Below are positions 29,877-38,702 of a DNA stretch of 50,844 bases, piece by piece (positions within the stretch are counted from its first letter, which is position 1; each line of letters starts with the position of its first letter). The translations under genes were made by a program, and so were the position numbers. The notes beneath the pieces are model-generated. The model saw nothing but the letters and a program-made list of their open reading frames with translations, did not search any database and was not told the DNA's origin. Origin of the DNA: Gammaproteobacteria bacterium (lineage in GTDB: Bacteria; Pseudomonadota; Gammaproteobacteria; Arenicellales; JAOTWM01); contig JAOTWM010000001.1 of assembly GCA_029862885.1 (NCBI GenBank), positions 1 through 50,844 of the forward strand, written 5' to 3'.

Positions 29877-31066
29877 ATGCAAATCCCTGAGACTTCTAAT
29901 GTTGAGTATAGATGCAAGAATATCCTTGTCGTAAACCGGCACGATCTGGATGACCAATTAACGTGGTCAGGGATACCATTTGCCATTTGCAATACTTTGA
30001 GACGAGGCAACGTCAATCTGCAGTATTGTCATAAACTCGGATATCCAAATTCCCGATTGGCCGCAATTTCCAATCGAACGCTTCGGACTATGAGCAAGAA
30101 TCCTTTTTATCGGAATGCGTCCTCAAGATTTTACCGAAAAAAACTGCAGCCGATTGTCGATGAATTTTTGGACAAACGCGAAGAAAGTATTATTTTGGCG
30201 ATCACTCTTTTGTTGAAATCGCGGATCTTCGATGCGACCGTCCCCTGATATTTACAAGCGACAGCACTCGACAGCAGCTCATCGATTTCGGCTACAGGGG
30301 GTTCGATAATTTCAAGCTGGACTCCAAGAATCGTATGCTGGCCCTGGAAAAACGTGCTTTTGAAAACGTGGACCTGTTCGTCTACCCCTCCGAGTGGGCG
30401 GCAAACTCCGCCATCGCAAATTGCGGCGTTCCCGAAGCGAAGATCCGAATCGCTTGTTACGGGGCAAACTTAAGCCCGGAACATGTACCCTCTTACCTGG
30501 AGGCCGTGAAATCGGGACCCTGGAACCAAGAGGAAGTGTGCAGGCTGTTGTTTGTAGGCGTGGACTGGGAGCGCAAGGGTGGGGATATTGCGATCAGAAT
30601 CTGCGATGCTCTCAATTCGATTGGAGTGCCCAGCGAACTGACGGTCGTCGGGACCGTCCCGCCCAATCCGACCAGCGAAACTCTTCGCGTCATCCCGTTT
30701 CTCGATAAGCGAGACCCGTCCCAACTCGAAGAGCTACTGCAACTCTTTCGCGAGTCTTCCTACTTCATTCTTCCGACCCAAAAAGAATGCTATGGAATTG
30801 TTTTCTGCGAAGCCCACTCGTTCGGCCTCCGGTCTCTGACTTGCCGCGTTGGTGGGGCACAGGAAATCGTGGACCATGGCGTGACGGGTTTTCTCGCCGA
30901 CATCGGGAATGATCCCGCTATATTTGCTCGATTAGTAGCCGACAATTTCAAGGATCGAAATGCCTACCGGGAGATGCGGGCACGTTGTCGTGCGGCCTTC
31001 GAAGACACGTTTAATTGGTCCAGTTGGAGAAAGAGTTTCTTCGATGCCGTTGAAACTATTTTGTGA
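29877..31066 (+). pseudogene. GT4 glycosyltransferase interrupted by a -1 frameshift
   Basis: The N-terminal half (NILVVNRHDLDD...ESIILAIT) is in frame 0 and stops at 30248. The continuation (GDHSFVEIADLRCDRPLIFTSDSTRQQL...EKRAFENVDLFVYPSEW...KECYGIVFCEA) is open from 30164 in another frame. Adding one T to the T4 run at 30193-30196 joins the two halves. Confidence 0.7.
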
Positions 31067-31221
31067 AGAGTTCGAATTAGCGAATGGCTGATGTAAGAAA
31101 TCTACGTCGGGTCTTTGCCGCATTAAAATCTTCAAATCGATGCTCCGGAAATTCGGCCACAATCTGGTCCGCGTGCCCTATCCATTTTCATTAAGACGCA
31201 AGGTAATCTGAGAGAATTCGA

Positions 31222-32151
31222 CTAGCGCAGGGCCCTCAACGACCTGTCTAGAATCCTGCCAAAGAGAGTCGCCCGAAAGGGCCTCTTGAGGTCGTGCGCG
31301 AACGCCGTCCTTTTCAGATAATAGAAGAACCGCGACATGTTTCGATTGGATCCCTGGTGGTTCCACGGCTTAGCAGATGCCGAAAAGTGTCTTATGTATG
31401 GATCTCGGAGGAGTTTCTCGAACCGTTCTTGGTCGTAAGGGCTTTCCCTGTATGAGGAGAGGCCGTAAATCTGAGACATCTGGTTCCAGCGCGGATCAAA
31501 TTCGCCCCACTGACCGGGTATGATGGCGTTAATCCCATCCTGATCACAAAATTGAATGCTCTCTTCATTCTCCCGAATGTAAGCAACAACACGCTTGCTG
31601 ATACCGTTATCTCGCCATTTCTTGAGATTCATGAGCATAACACCCGCGTTAAGATACTTTTTGCTTCCGTCAAGCCCGAGTTCCTTGTAGAGCTTGAGGC
31701 CCATGGGTGACGAGACGACCGGAACCGCCAGGTCCTGAGCCGCGAGAACATAGTGGCCTCCTGGGTCGAGATCACAGAGCGCTCCAACGTCCCGCTCTAC
31801 AACGACATCACAGTCCAAATAAAGGGCCTTCTCAATTCCCTCCGAGAGCACATTCGGTATCAACAGTCTGAAATACGTGGCGAGGCTTAGGTGGCCCGAG
31901 ACCTTGGCGTTCTTGATTCAAGTGATATCGGCATTCCACCAATGCAGTGATATCCGCTTATCGGTGCATGAATTACCGATCTTCCGTCGATTCTCGGCGG
32001 TAATGCCACCGTCAAGAATATGGACTTGAGCTACTCTATCCTTTGCAAGGTTGTGCGACATTGATTGGAGCATGACGGCCATCGGAAGAGCGAATGCATT
32101 GTCCGCAGCGCATACCACCGTAATCGTATCAGGCATCGTACCCCACATCAT
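31222..32151 (-). pseudogene. GT8 family glycosyltransferase with in-frame TGA
   Basis: The N-terminal piece ITVVCAADNAFALPMAVMLQS...HWWNADIT ends at TGA (31918-31920). The same frame continues IKNAKVSGHLSLATYFRLLIPNVL...ALYLDCDVVV...NAGVMLMNL...DQDGIN, covering GT8 motifs on both sides of the stop. Confidence 0.75.
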
Positions 32152-32659
32152 TGTCGTGATTCACACGAAGTATAAAGCACGTATTATCTCACTGCATTCT
32201 ATCGATCGTACTGTATGGGGCGGCCCACATCCTCATGCGGGGCCGGAATCTGATCGAATTATCGCTATTCTAGGAATTCGGCTACGCGAGTCGACTTGAT
32301 GCCGTACTGGATCTTCGATCTTGTTAACCATACGAGACTACATTGGCACAGAAATCTGAACAGTCCCGCCCGGACTGGACTAGATTTGGGGCGCGGGCGC
32401 CTAGACGATGAATCGGATCAATCTTAATTCAGCATCAACGCCTGCAGGCGTTACCGCGCCGTACTCGCCTGGCCGCGCTTGTGGCCAAACAGTACGATTG
32501 CCAAAACGAATTTCGCTTACCAAATCTAAAATGAAGCGTAAGTTCCGTACGTGTGGCGCGCAGCTCCGATGTATAAACAACGATGAAGTCGGTTTTTCCA
32601 TCGCGTCGATGCTCGATTCCATAATCGAGCACCATTACTGAGCCGCTGCGCTGATGGAT

Positions 32660-34228
32660 TTAGCCGAGACTCGCACGGGAGCGAATCCACTTTCGGTCGA
32701 GAATGTATCGTAGGGCCTCCTTGAGTTGCCGTTTGTCGATGTCCTTCATCATGAACCATAATACGGTAAAGTATGCACAGGTCCCCATGAAGGCATTGAG
32801 AGCCAAGGTCGCCCAGGTCTCGGCGGGGAATGCCCCCACGAGCCCATTCATCACCAGCAACGCTGCAAAAAAGGGCGGGAATCCAGGCAGCAGAATTTCC
32901 CGCCATACTTCAGGCCATGTCGCCCCCGCAATGTGTTTTCCGAAGGGCCAGAGCAGCAGCAGTGAGCCGAGACCATAAGTGACGAACGTGGCAGCGGCCG
33001 CCCCGATTGCCCCCAATTGATAATGCCCCACGAGAAGTAATGTCAGCGGCAGATTGGCGGCTGTAGAAACGGAGTTCCGAATAGCCAGGGAGCGCACGCG
33101 GATCTTTGCTGTCGCAATAACGGAATGAAGAATATTTCCATACACGATCGGATACACTGCGAGGAGCAGGAACAACACCGTTCCCGCAGCCAGGTAGGTG
33201 TCGCCCACATAGAGCCTGACGATCTGCTCGAAGTGGACCAGGAATGGAGCAACCACTACCAGTAAACCCCACAGCGCAAACCGTCCCAGACGCAGATAAG
33301 TACGCTTAAGTCTTTCATCCTGCCCCAGCGAATGCATGCCAATGATTACGGGTGCCACGGAATTACCGAACGCATTATTGATGATGACTTCCAGGCGATT
33401 GGGAACGAGCGCACCGAGATGGAAACAGGCGACGTCCAGGGGCGTTGCCAGTCGGTTCAGAATGATGGGGTCCGCGGCCTTCCTGATCATACCGGAGAAC
33501 CCATCTAACGAATTCCAGCCACCGAAGCTGATCAGATTTCTCGCGAGGTGCCAACGAATATGGGTGCGCTGGAAACATTGCGCGGGTACGAGACGGCGTG
33601 AGACGGTAGTCATCGCCGTGATATTGAGCAGATCCGCGGCGACGGTTGCTACGACGACCCAAACCACGCTAGTACTCAGACCGAACAATAGCGTCAACAA
33701 AAGAGAGAGCCGAAAGCATTCGGTGCCAAGTTCGATCAGATTCTGAAGGACGAAGCGCTGGCGCACGAACAGGCCGCCGCCGAATGCCGCCACCGGCAGC
33801 CGGATCGCGGCGGAGAACATGAGCAGGGTCAGCATGATGCGTGCATCATCGACATATTCCGGTGCGATCCTGAATACGTAGTCTATGTTCCATGCGAAAG
33901 TCACCCCGGCGGCAAAAAGACCAATTCCCGCGGCGCAAAGGATGGGGAACATTGTGGAAACGATCTGAGTGACGCGCTCATCATCCTCCTTGGCATAAGC
34001 TTCGAGCACGTAGCGGCTAATGCCACCCACCAAGGCCATGGTAATGAATGGGGCAAACATCATCACGGAGAAGAGCACCGGCAAAAGACTGTACTCCTCC
34101 GTCGATATTCGCTTGAGCAGGTATTGCTGGAGCCAGATGAGTACGGAAATGCTCAGCAGGCGCGTTGCAAAGGAGCTGGCGCTGTTGATCATTACCAGCT
34201 TCTTGCTGATTACAACGCGTTCGCTCAC
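32660..34228 (-). CDS. MOP-superfamily polysaccharide flippase (Wzx-like)
   Basis: About 12 or more TM segments with a typical flippase N-terminus (NSASSFATRLLSISVLIWLQQYLL). The GTG start overlaps the upstream TGA stop as GTGA (34225-34228). The longer ORF-track start would overlap the upstream gene by 130 nt. Confidence 0.8.
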   Translation of the reverse strand: MSERVVISKKLVMINSASSFATRLLSISVLIWLQQYLLKRISTEEYSLLPVLFSVMMFAPFITMALVGGISRYVLEAYAKEDDERVTQIVSTMFPILCAAGIGLFAAGVTFAWNIDYVFRIAPEYVDDARIMLTLLMFSAAIRLPVAAFGGGLFVRQRFVLQNLIELGTECFRLSLLLTLLFGLSTSVVWVVVATVAADLLNITAMTTVSRRLVPAQCFQRTHIRWHLARNLISFGGWNSLDGFSGMIRKAADPIILNRLATPLDVACFHLGALVPNRLEVIINNAFGNSVAPVIIGMHSLGQDERLKRTYLRLGRFALWGLLVVVAPFLVHFEQIVRLYVGDTYLAAGTVLFLLLAVYPIVYGNILHSVIATAKIRVRSLAIRNSVSTAANLPLTLLLVGHYQLGAIGAAAATFVTYGLGSLLLLWPFGKHIAGATWPEVWREILLPGFPPFFAALLVMNGLVGAFPAETWATLALNAFMGTCAYFTVLWFMMKDIDKRQLKEALRYILDRKWIRSRASLG

Positions 34229-35607
34229 GCTCGCGGATTCCGCTTTGTGTGGTAGTAAATGACGGCGGCCACGGCCATGACAATGTGGCCCAGAAAGAAA
34301 AGGGACGATTGACGGAATTCCCACTCCGTCACGCTCTGCATCAATACTCCACACAGGCTAAGACAGGCGCCCAGGCGGACGCGATCGATGAGTGTTTCGC
34401 TGGCGCTAGTCAGCCCCTTCCCTGAGATATATAGCCAGCGCGAAATAAGTGCCAAAAGCAACAGGAGGCCGGGCCAACCCAGCTCGACGGCCGTTATCAG
34501 GTAGAGATTGTGCGCCGGGGCTTCCTGACCGATTGCGTCCGGAGCAAATTCAGCGCTGGGGTAGGGCTCACTCTCGTACCCCGCCTTTGCAGCATAGCGG
34601 TTACTGATCCAGTAGCTCCAGTTGTTCAGACCGACGCCGAATACCGGGTTGTCGTTAAGGGCGGGGAGGCCTTTGCGAAAATAGCTTCCTCGATCTCCTT
34701 GTTCGGTCGTATATTCCTGTTGAAAATCGAATGACGCGAATCTAGTGAGCACTGTATCCCACGACTTGACCAGCATTCCAGTGCCAGCCAAGGCGAGCAG
34801 GGCGGCAAGCCCAATGTTACGAATGGTAAAACGGAAGCGGATGTTCAAAACTAGCGAGACCATCATGAGGAAAATCAATGATGCAATTCCGGTTCTGCTG
34901 ATTGTCAATATGATGCTTACGGCAGCCGCCAGACTGGCCGCCAAGCTTGCCTTCTTAAGATTTGGTGAGATATCCCGTGCGAACCACACGGATATGAGAA
35001 TCGGGAGAATTTGAAGACAGTACATCGAGAGGCTGTTTGGGTGCGGCAACGTTCCACTGATTCGATGAATGCCGAAGATATATCGATCTTGCAGCGCCAC
35101 GGCGGTCTCGTAAAACATAACGATCACGAGTGTCCACACGAATAGACGCACCTCCCGCGGCGACCGAACGTACGCTGCGACCGCCGTAAAGAGTAATATG
35201 CCACGGGCGATCTTCGTCAATTCGAACAGACCGAATATCTTCGGATCGCTGGTCACCAATACATTGAACGCCGCCCAAGCGAAGAATGCGACGAGCATTC
35301 CGAGGCTGGGCGGTCGAACAAACGGTATCCGTTCGCGACGGCGCGTGGAAAGACTAGCAAACAGAAGGATCAGAGCGAGCAGGTCCAAGTAGGAGACTTC
35401 GATACCGCGGGTTGTTCCCCGATACCATTCCCGGCTCAGAAAGTTAATGTCAGTCGGTAAGCCAAAAAGGCTCTCGGTCTGGGTCGTGCCAAAGACAAGG
35501 GCAAAGAATACGAGACCAAGAATACGAGGGTGACTCCGGGCAAGGAGGACACCGGTCGGCACACAGAACAGGCTGCCAATAGTGAAAATTAATTCTTTGG
35601 CTTCCAT
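34225..35607 (-). CDS. O-antigen ligase/Wzy-like polymerase family membrane protein (exosortase-locus type)
   Basis: 460 aa and polytopic. It has a Wzy_C-type loop (AHNLYLITAVELGWPG) and a large periplasmic loop. Confidence 0.75.
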   Translation of the reverse strand: MEAKELIFTIGSLFCVPTGVLLARSHPRILGLVFFALVFGTTQTESLFGLPTDINFLSREWYRGTTRGIEVSYLDLLALILLFASLSTRRRERIPFVRPPSLGMLVAFFAWAAFNVLVTSDPKIFGLFELTKIARGILLFTAVAAYVRSPREVRLFVWTLVIVMFYETAVALQDRYIFGIHRISGTLPHPNSLSMYCLQILPILISVWFARDISPNLKKASLAASLAAAVSIILTISRTGIASLIFLMMVSLVLNIRFRFTIRNIGLAALLALAGTGMLVKSWDTVLTRFASFDFQQEYTTEQGDRGSYFRKGLPALNDNPVFGVGLNNWSYWISNRYAAKAGYESEPYPSAEFAPDAIGQEAPAHNLYLITAVELGWPGLLLLLALISRWLYISGKGLTSASETLIDRVRLGACLSLCGVLMQSVTEWEFRQSSLFFLGHIVMAVAAVIYYHTKRNPRA

Positions 35608-35735
35608 CGCGGATCAGTACCCGACTGATGCTGATCTAGGTCCTGCGGACTCTAAACGTGACCGGTACTTCCTATTTCTGTTTCTTTCAAGTCGGGAATA
35701 ATCGTGATTTGATACCAAAGCAGTCGCTCCAATTG

Positions 35736-36977
35736 TTATTTTTCCGGTGCGCCTGCGTCTACAGCATCCTCGTAGATCTCAATCAGGCTTCTCGTGATAA
35801 CGTCCCAGTCGAATCGTTCGTGAGCCTTCTTCATACCAGCCTCCACTCTTTTTGCTGTCTCGGGGTTACGGGCCAGCTCCTCGAAGACCTCGAGAAACGT
35901 CTGTTCGTCGCCCGGATCGAAACTGAGCGCATCATGACTATGCTCGACAAGATGCCGGATGCCGCCGACGTTGCTTGCCAATACCGGCTTCCCCGCGGCC
36001 CACGCTTCCAGGATTACGATGCCAAACGGCTCGTGGATCGACGGCAACAGGAAAACGTCAGAAGCGTGATAAGCGTCGACCAGATCCGGAGCGCTTGCCG
36101 GTAGACCAGGCACAATGGTTACGTGCCGTTCGATTCCAACATTGCGAATCACTGCCGTAAGCTCATCATAGTACGCGGGACTCGTCACATTGCCGACAAA
36201 CAGCAGATGCGTTTTTGGATGTATGTTGTGTAGTTTTGGCAATAGCCGCGCGGGTAATAGCTGGTTTTTCTGACGATCGATTCGGCCAACGGTCAGTATT
36301 ACGTATGCATCGGGTGGAATTCCATGCTGGGCCCTGAATTGTAGGCCGTCGCCCCGAGCAAAGCGCACCGGATCGACGCCGTTTGGCAGATGGATGACCC
36401 TTTTGTTGGGGTATCGCTCCTGGGTCAGTGTTTTCTCATTGTATCCAACGCACAGAATTGCCGCAGCGTCGTCGAGCACCCGGCGGGAGCCGACCCACCA
36501 GCCAAAGATTTTTCCCCATTCGAATGATCCCCTGGAGGGGGCGCTCCACGTTGCCGCCTCCTCCACTGGCACGTCGAAAACACCGCCATGAAGGGACACC
36601 ACATAAGGGATGCGGCGGCGTTGTGCTATATAGCGGCCAATTCCGCCGATTCGGTTACCGGCATGCAAATGAATCAGATCAAGATCCGGAACAGAGTTCA
36701 GCGCGCGCATCAGGCTGAAGGAAAAAGGGCTCCCGCCCTTTCGGTCGAGCAAATGTCTAGCCTCCCTGCTTAACCCTATGTAAGGGTAGAAATAAGGAAA
36801 ACGGCGCACCCGTACCCCATCGATCTCCTCCGCCACTCCGCTCGCTGTCGCCAGTGTGCACAGGATCTCGGTGGAATGCCCGAGGGCGAGCAGTCGTTTA
36901 CTCGTTTCGAAGATAACGGTTTCGGTTCCACCCCAGTCGCTCGGTACGAAACGTCTCGCTAGTTGAATCGACTTAAT
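35736..36977 (-). CDS. GT4 family glycosyltransferase, apparently initiated at ATT
   Basis: Carries the C-terminal motif LPSIHEPFGIVILEAWAAGKPV. The conserved GT4 N-terminus (KSIQLARRFVPSDWGGTETVIFETSKRLLALGHSTEIL) is open upstream of the first GTG (36836). It has no in-frame ATG/GTG/TTG back to the TAG at about 37020. An ATT at 36977 sits 8 nt after GGAG. Confidence 0.65.
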   Translation of the reverse strand: MKSIQLARRFVPSDWGGTETVIFETSKRLLALGHSTEILCTLATASGVAEEIDGVRVRRFPYFYPYIGLSREARHLLDRKGGSPFSFSLMRALNSVPDLDLIHLHAGNRIGGIGRYIAQRRRIPYVVSLHGGVFDVPVEEAATWSAPSRGSFEWGKIFGWWVGSRRVLDDAAAILCVGYNEKTLTQERYPNKRVIHLPNGVDPVRFARGDGLQFRAQHGIPPDAYVILTVGRIDRQKNQLLPARLLPKLHNIHPKTHLLFVGNVTSPAYYDELTAVIRNVGIERHVTIVPGLPASAPDLVDAYHASDVFLLPSIHEPFGIVILEAWAAGKPVLASNVGGIRHLVEHSHDALSFDPGDEQTFLEVFEELARNPETAKRVEAGMKKAHERFDWDVITRSLIEIYEDAVDAGAPEK

Positions 36978-37457
36978 TCTAATTTCTCCAACAGTAAAAT
37001 CAGTACAAAATTTAGTGAGCTAGTCAGCCTGATTGAATCGACGAATAATAAATTGTTCGTCGAGTATTATCGGGTGCACCCGTTTTGTTCTCTCGCGCAA
37101 TCTGTATATCGTTCATTCTACGATAGTTCTTGATCGCAAATCGCGATTTGTAAGGATACTCGATGAGGTGGAGAAAGTGATCCAGAGCTACCATCGCAAC
37201 TCCCCAACACAGACGTTGGTATTGGCGGATTGGTGGCGGCTTGCTAAGTTGATGTTCCGGTACTACGCTTGTTAAAACGTCAATAACATGGTTTAGGCCT
37301 TGGGATTAATCAGCGCCAAACATCGTTATTGCTATGTTGTCGATCCCGACATCTCGGTCGGTATACTCTCGAATCTCCAGAATGGGTAGGTGGCCGTGTG
37401 CTAGTCACTCTGAAACGCCGAATTTTTCAAACAAGAGTCTGGAATCGTTGGGGTAAA

Positions 37458-37681
37458 AACTCGAGCGAACTAGAATATTGGCGAGCGAACATTCAAAAAA
37501 TGATTCGCTGGTATCATGATGATGCACCCTTCCGACTGCCTTCCCATCTGATGAGATCAAAGAGACTCGATTCAACGAGCGCAAGAACGCGATCATGACC
37601 CATATCGCGGCATGTATCCCGTCAGAGCTTTTCGGACATTTTGTTGTTCAGGATAAGAGCGTGTTTGGCTGCTTGGTTTGA
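37458..37681 (+). pseudogene. N-terminal fragment of a SAM-dependent methyltransferase-like gene (frameshifted, truncated at the IS remnant)
   Basis: SSELEYWRANIQKMIRWYHDDAPF continues after a frame change as PSDEIKETRFNERKNAIMTHIAACIPSELFGHFVVQDKSVFGC, then stops. From memory this resembles the leader region of polysaccharide-locus methyltransferases, ending just before the GxGxG motif. Confidence 0.3.
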
Positions 37682-37683
37682 TG

Positions 37684-38345
37684 TTAAGCGGCCATAGCTT
37701 GGCGATGCAAACGCGTTCTGCTTTCCACGGTCGCACGACAAATTTTCTCGCGTCCACTCCAGATGGCCCGGCCGCACCGGTGACGGACATCCTCAGGCGT
37801 CAGAGTGTTCAAGCTCTCATGATAACTCCGCCCGATGTAATGATTGACAAACGTCCCGATACGCCACTCCTACTCGCCCGGCAGGTAATAGTTCTCAAGT
37901 AAGACCGGGGGTTCAGTGACCGGCGCCAGCGTTCGATCTTGCTGTCGGTCATGCGATGGTAGCGTCTGCCATCGGAACCCAACTGCAATTGCTCAGAATA
38001 GCCCCAACGATTCTATTGTGGGATAGAGCCAGCACAGTAGTTAAATTTTTCACCGAAACCGCACGCGCAATTTTCCCCTTTGAAGTCCGTCTATCAGGAG
38101 AAGGAGTTCGATTTTTCTGAATTACATCAAAAAGCAAATTTCATTTCTGCAAGCGTAAGTAATTCCAATAATCGAGTAGCCGATTGTGCGGTGCTTGCTG
38201 AAGTGCTACACCTCTCGTAGCCCATATCTTCGGTCGGTTGTGCGGTTATTCCATAGCTCATGTGTCTATAAACAACCAGTTCTGTCGCAATATTGCGACG
38301 GAACATTGAGGCGGGCCGTTCATCAGAGAATATCCATGCTTTCAT
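37684..38345 (-). mobile_element. Degraded DDE (rve integrase-core) transposase remnant
   Basis: The minus-strand translation gives YHRMTDSKIERWRRSL, a frameshift, then LLENYYLPGE-TAG-EWRIGTFVNHYIGRSYHESLNTLTPEDV...REKI...TAA. This matches the C-terminal signature of rve-type IS transposases. It contains at least one frameshift, one in-frame stop and a likely internal deletion. Confidence 0.6.
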
Positions 38346-38702
38346 CGATTACGTATTGCCGTAATAACCTATTTCAAACAAGAACGCTACACGAAAGATG
38401 CCGAACGGAAAGTTAACATTTTACATCGCAATTACCGCTGTGGAAATTCGCGGAATCATTGGTCCAAAGAATCAATCCGTTTATCGAATCACAATACGCA
38501 TTCTCCTGGATCGTGGACTACACCTCTAAAGGACCGGACAAATAGGTATTTTGGACGCGTGGTCTTCCTAGATAGCGCAAAGATTCAAGCTACATGACAA
38601 ACCCAAACGATACTAGAACTCGCTGACTTGTCCGCTCGTGTGGGCAGCTCGGTTTTTTTGGCCTTTTCAGCAATTAACGAAGTCGAGAGTGATAGACAGA
38701 GT

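Noticed and set aside
31918-31920. TGA in the GT8 gene as selenocysteine
   Set aside because: The position is not a known catalytic Cys/Sec site in GT8 enzymes. No SECIS-like hairpin immediately downstream was apparent. A nonsense mutation is the simpler reading.
38628-38702. TTG start extending the giant protein by 25 aa
   Set aside because: The extension (MSARVGSSVFLAFSAINEVESDRQS) precedes the real signal/anchor segment and adds no signal-peptide features. The ATG at 38703 gives a conventional N-terminus.
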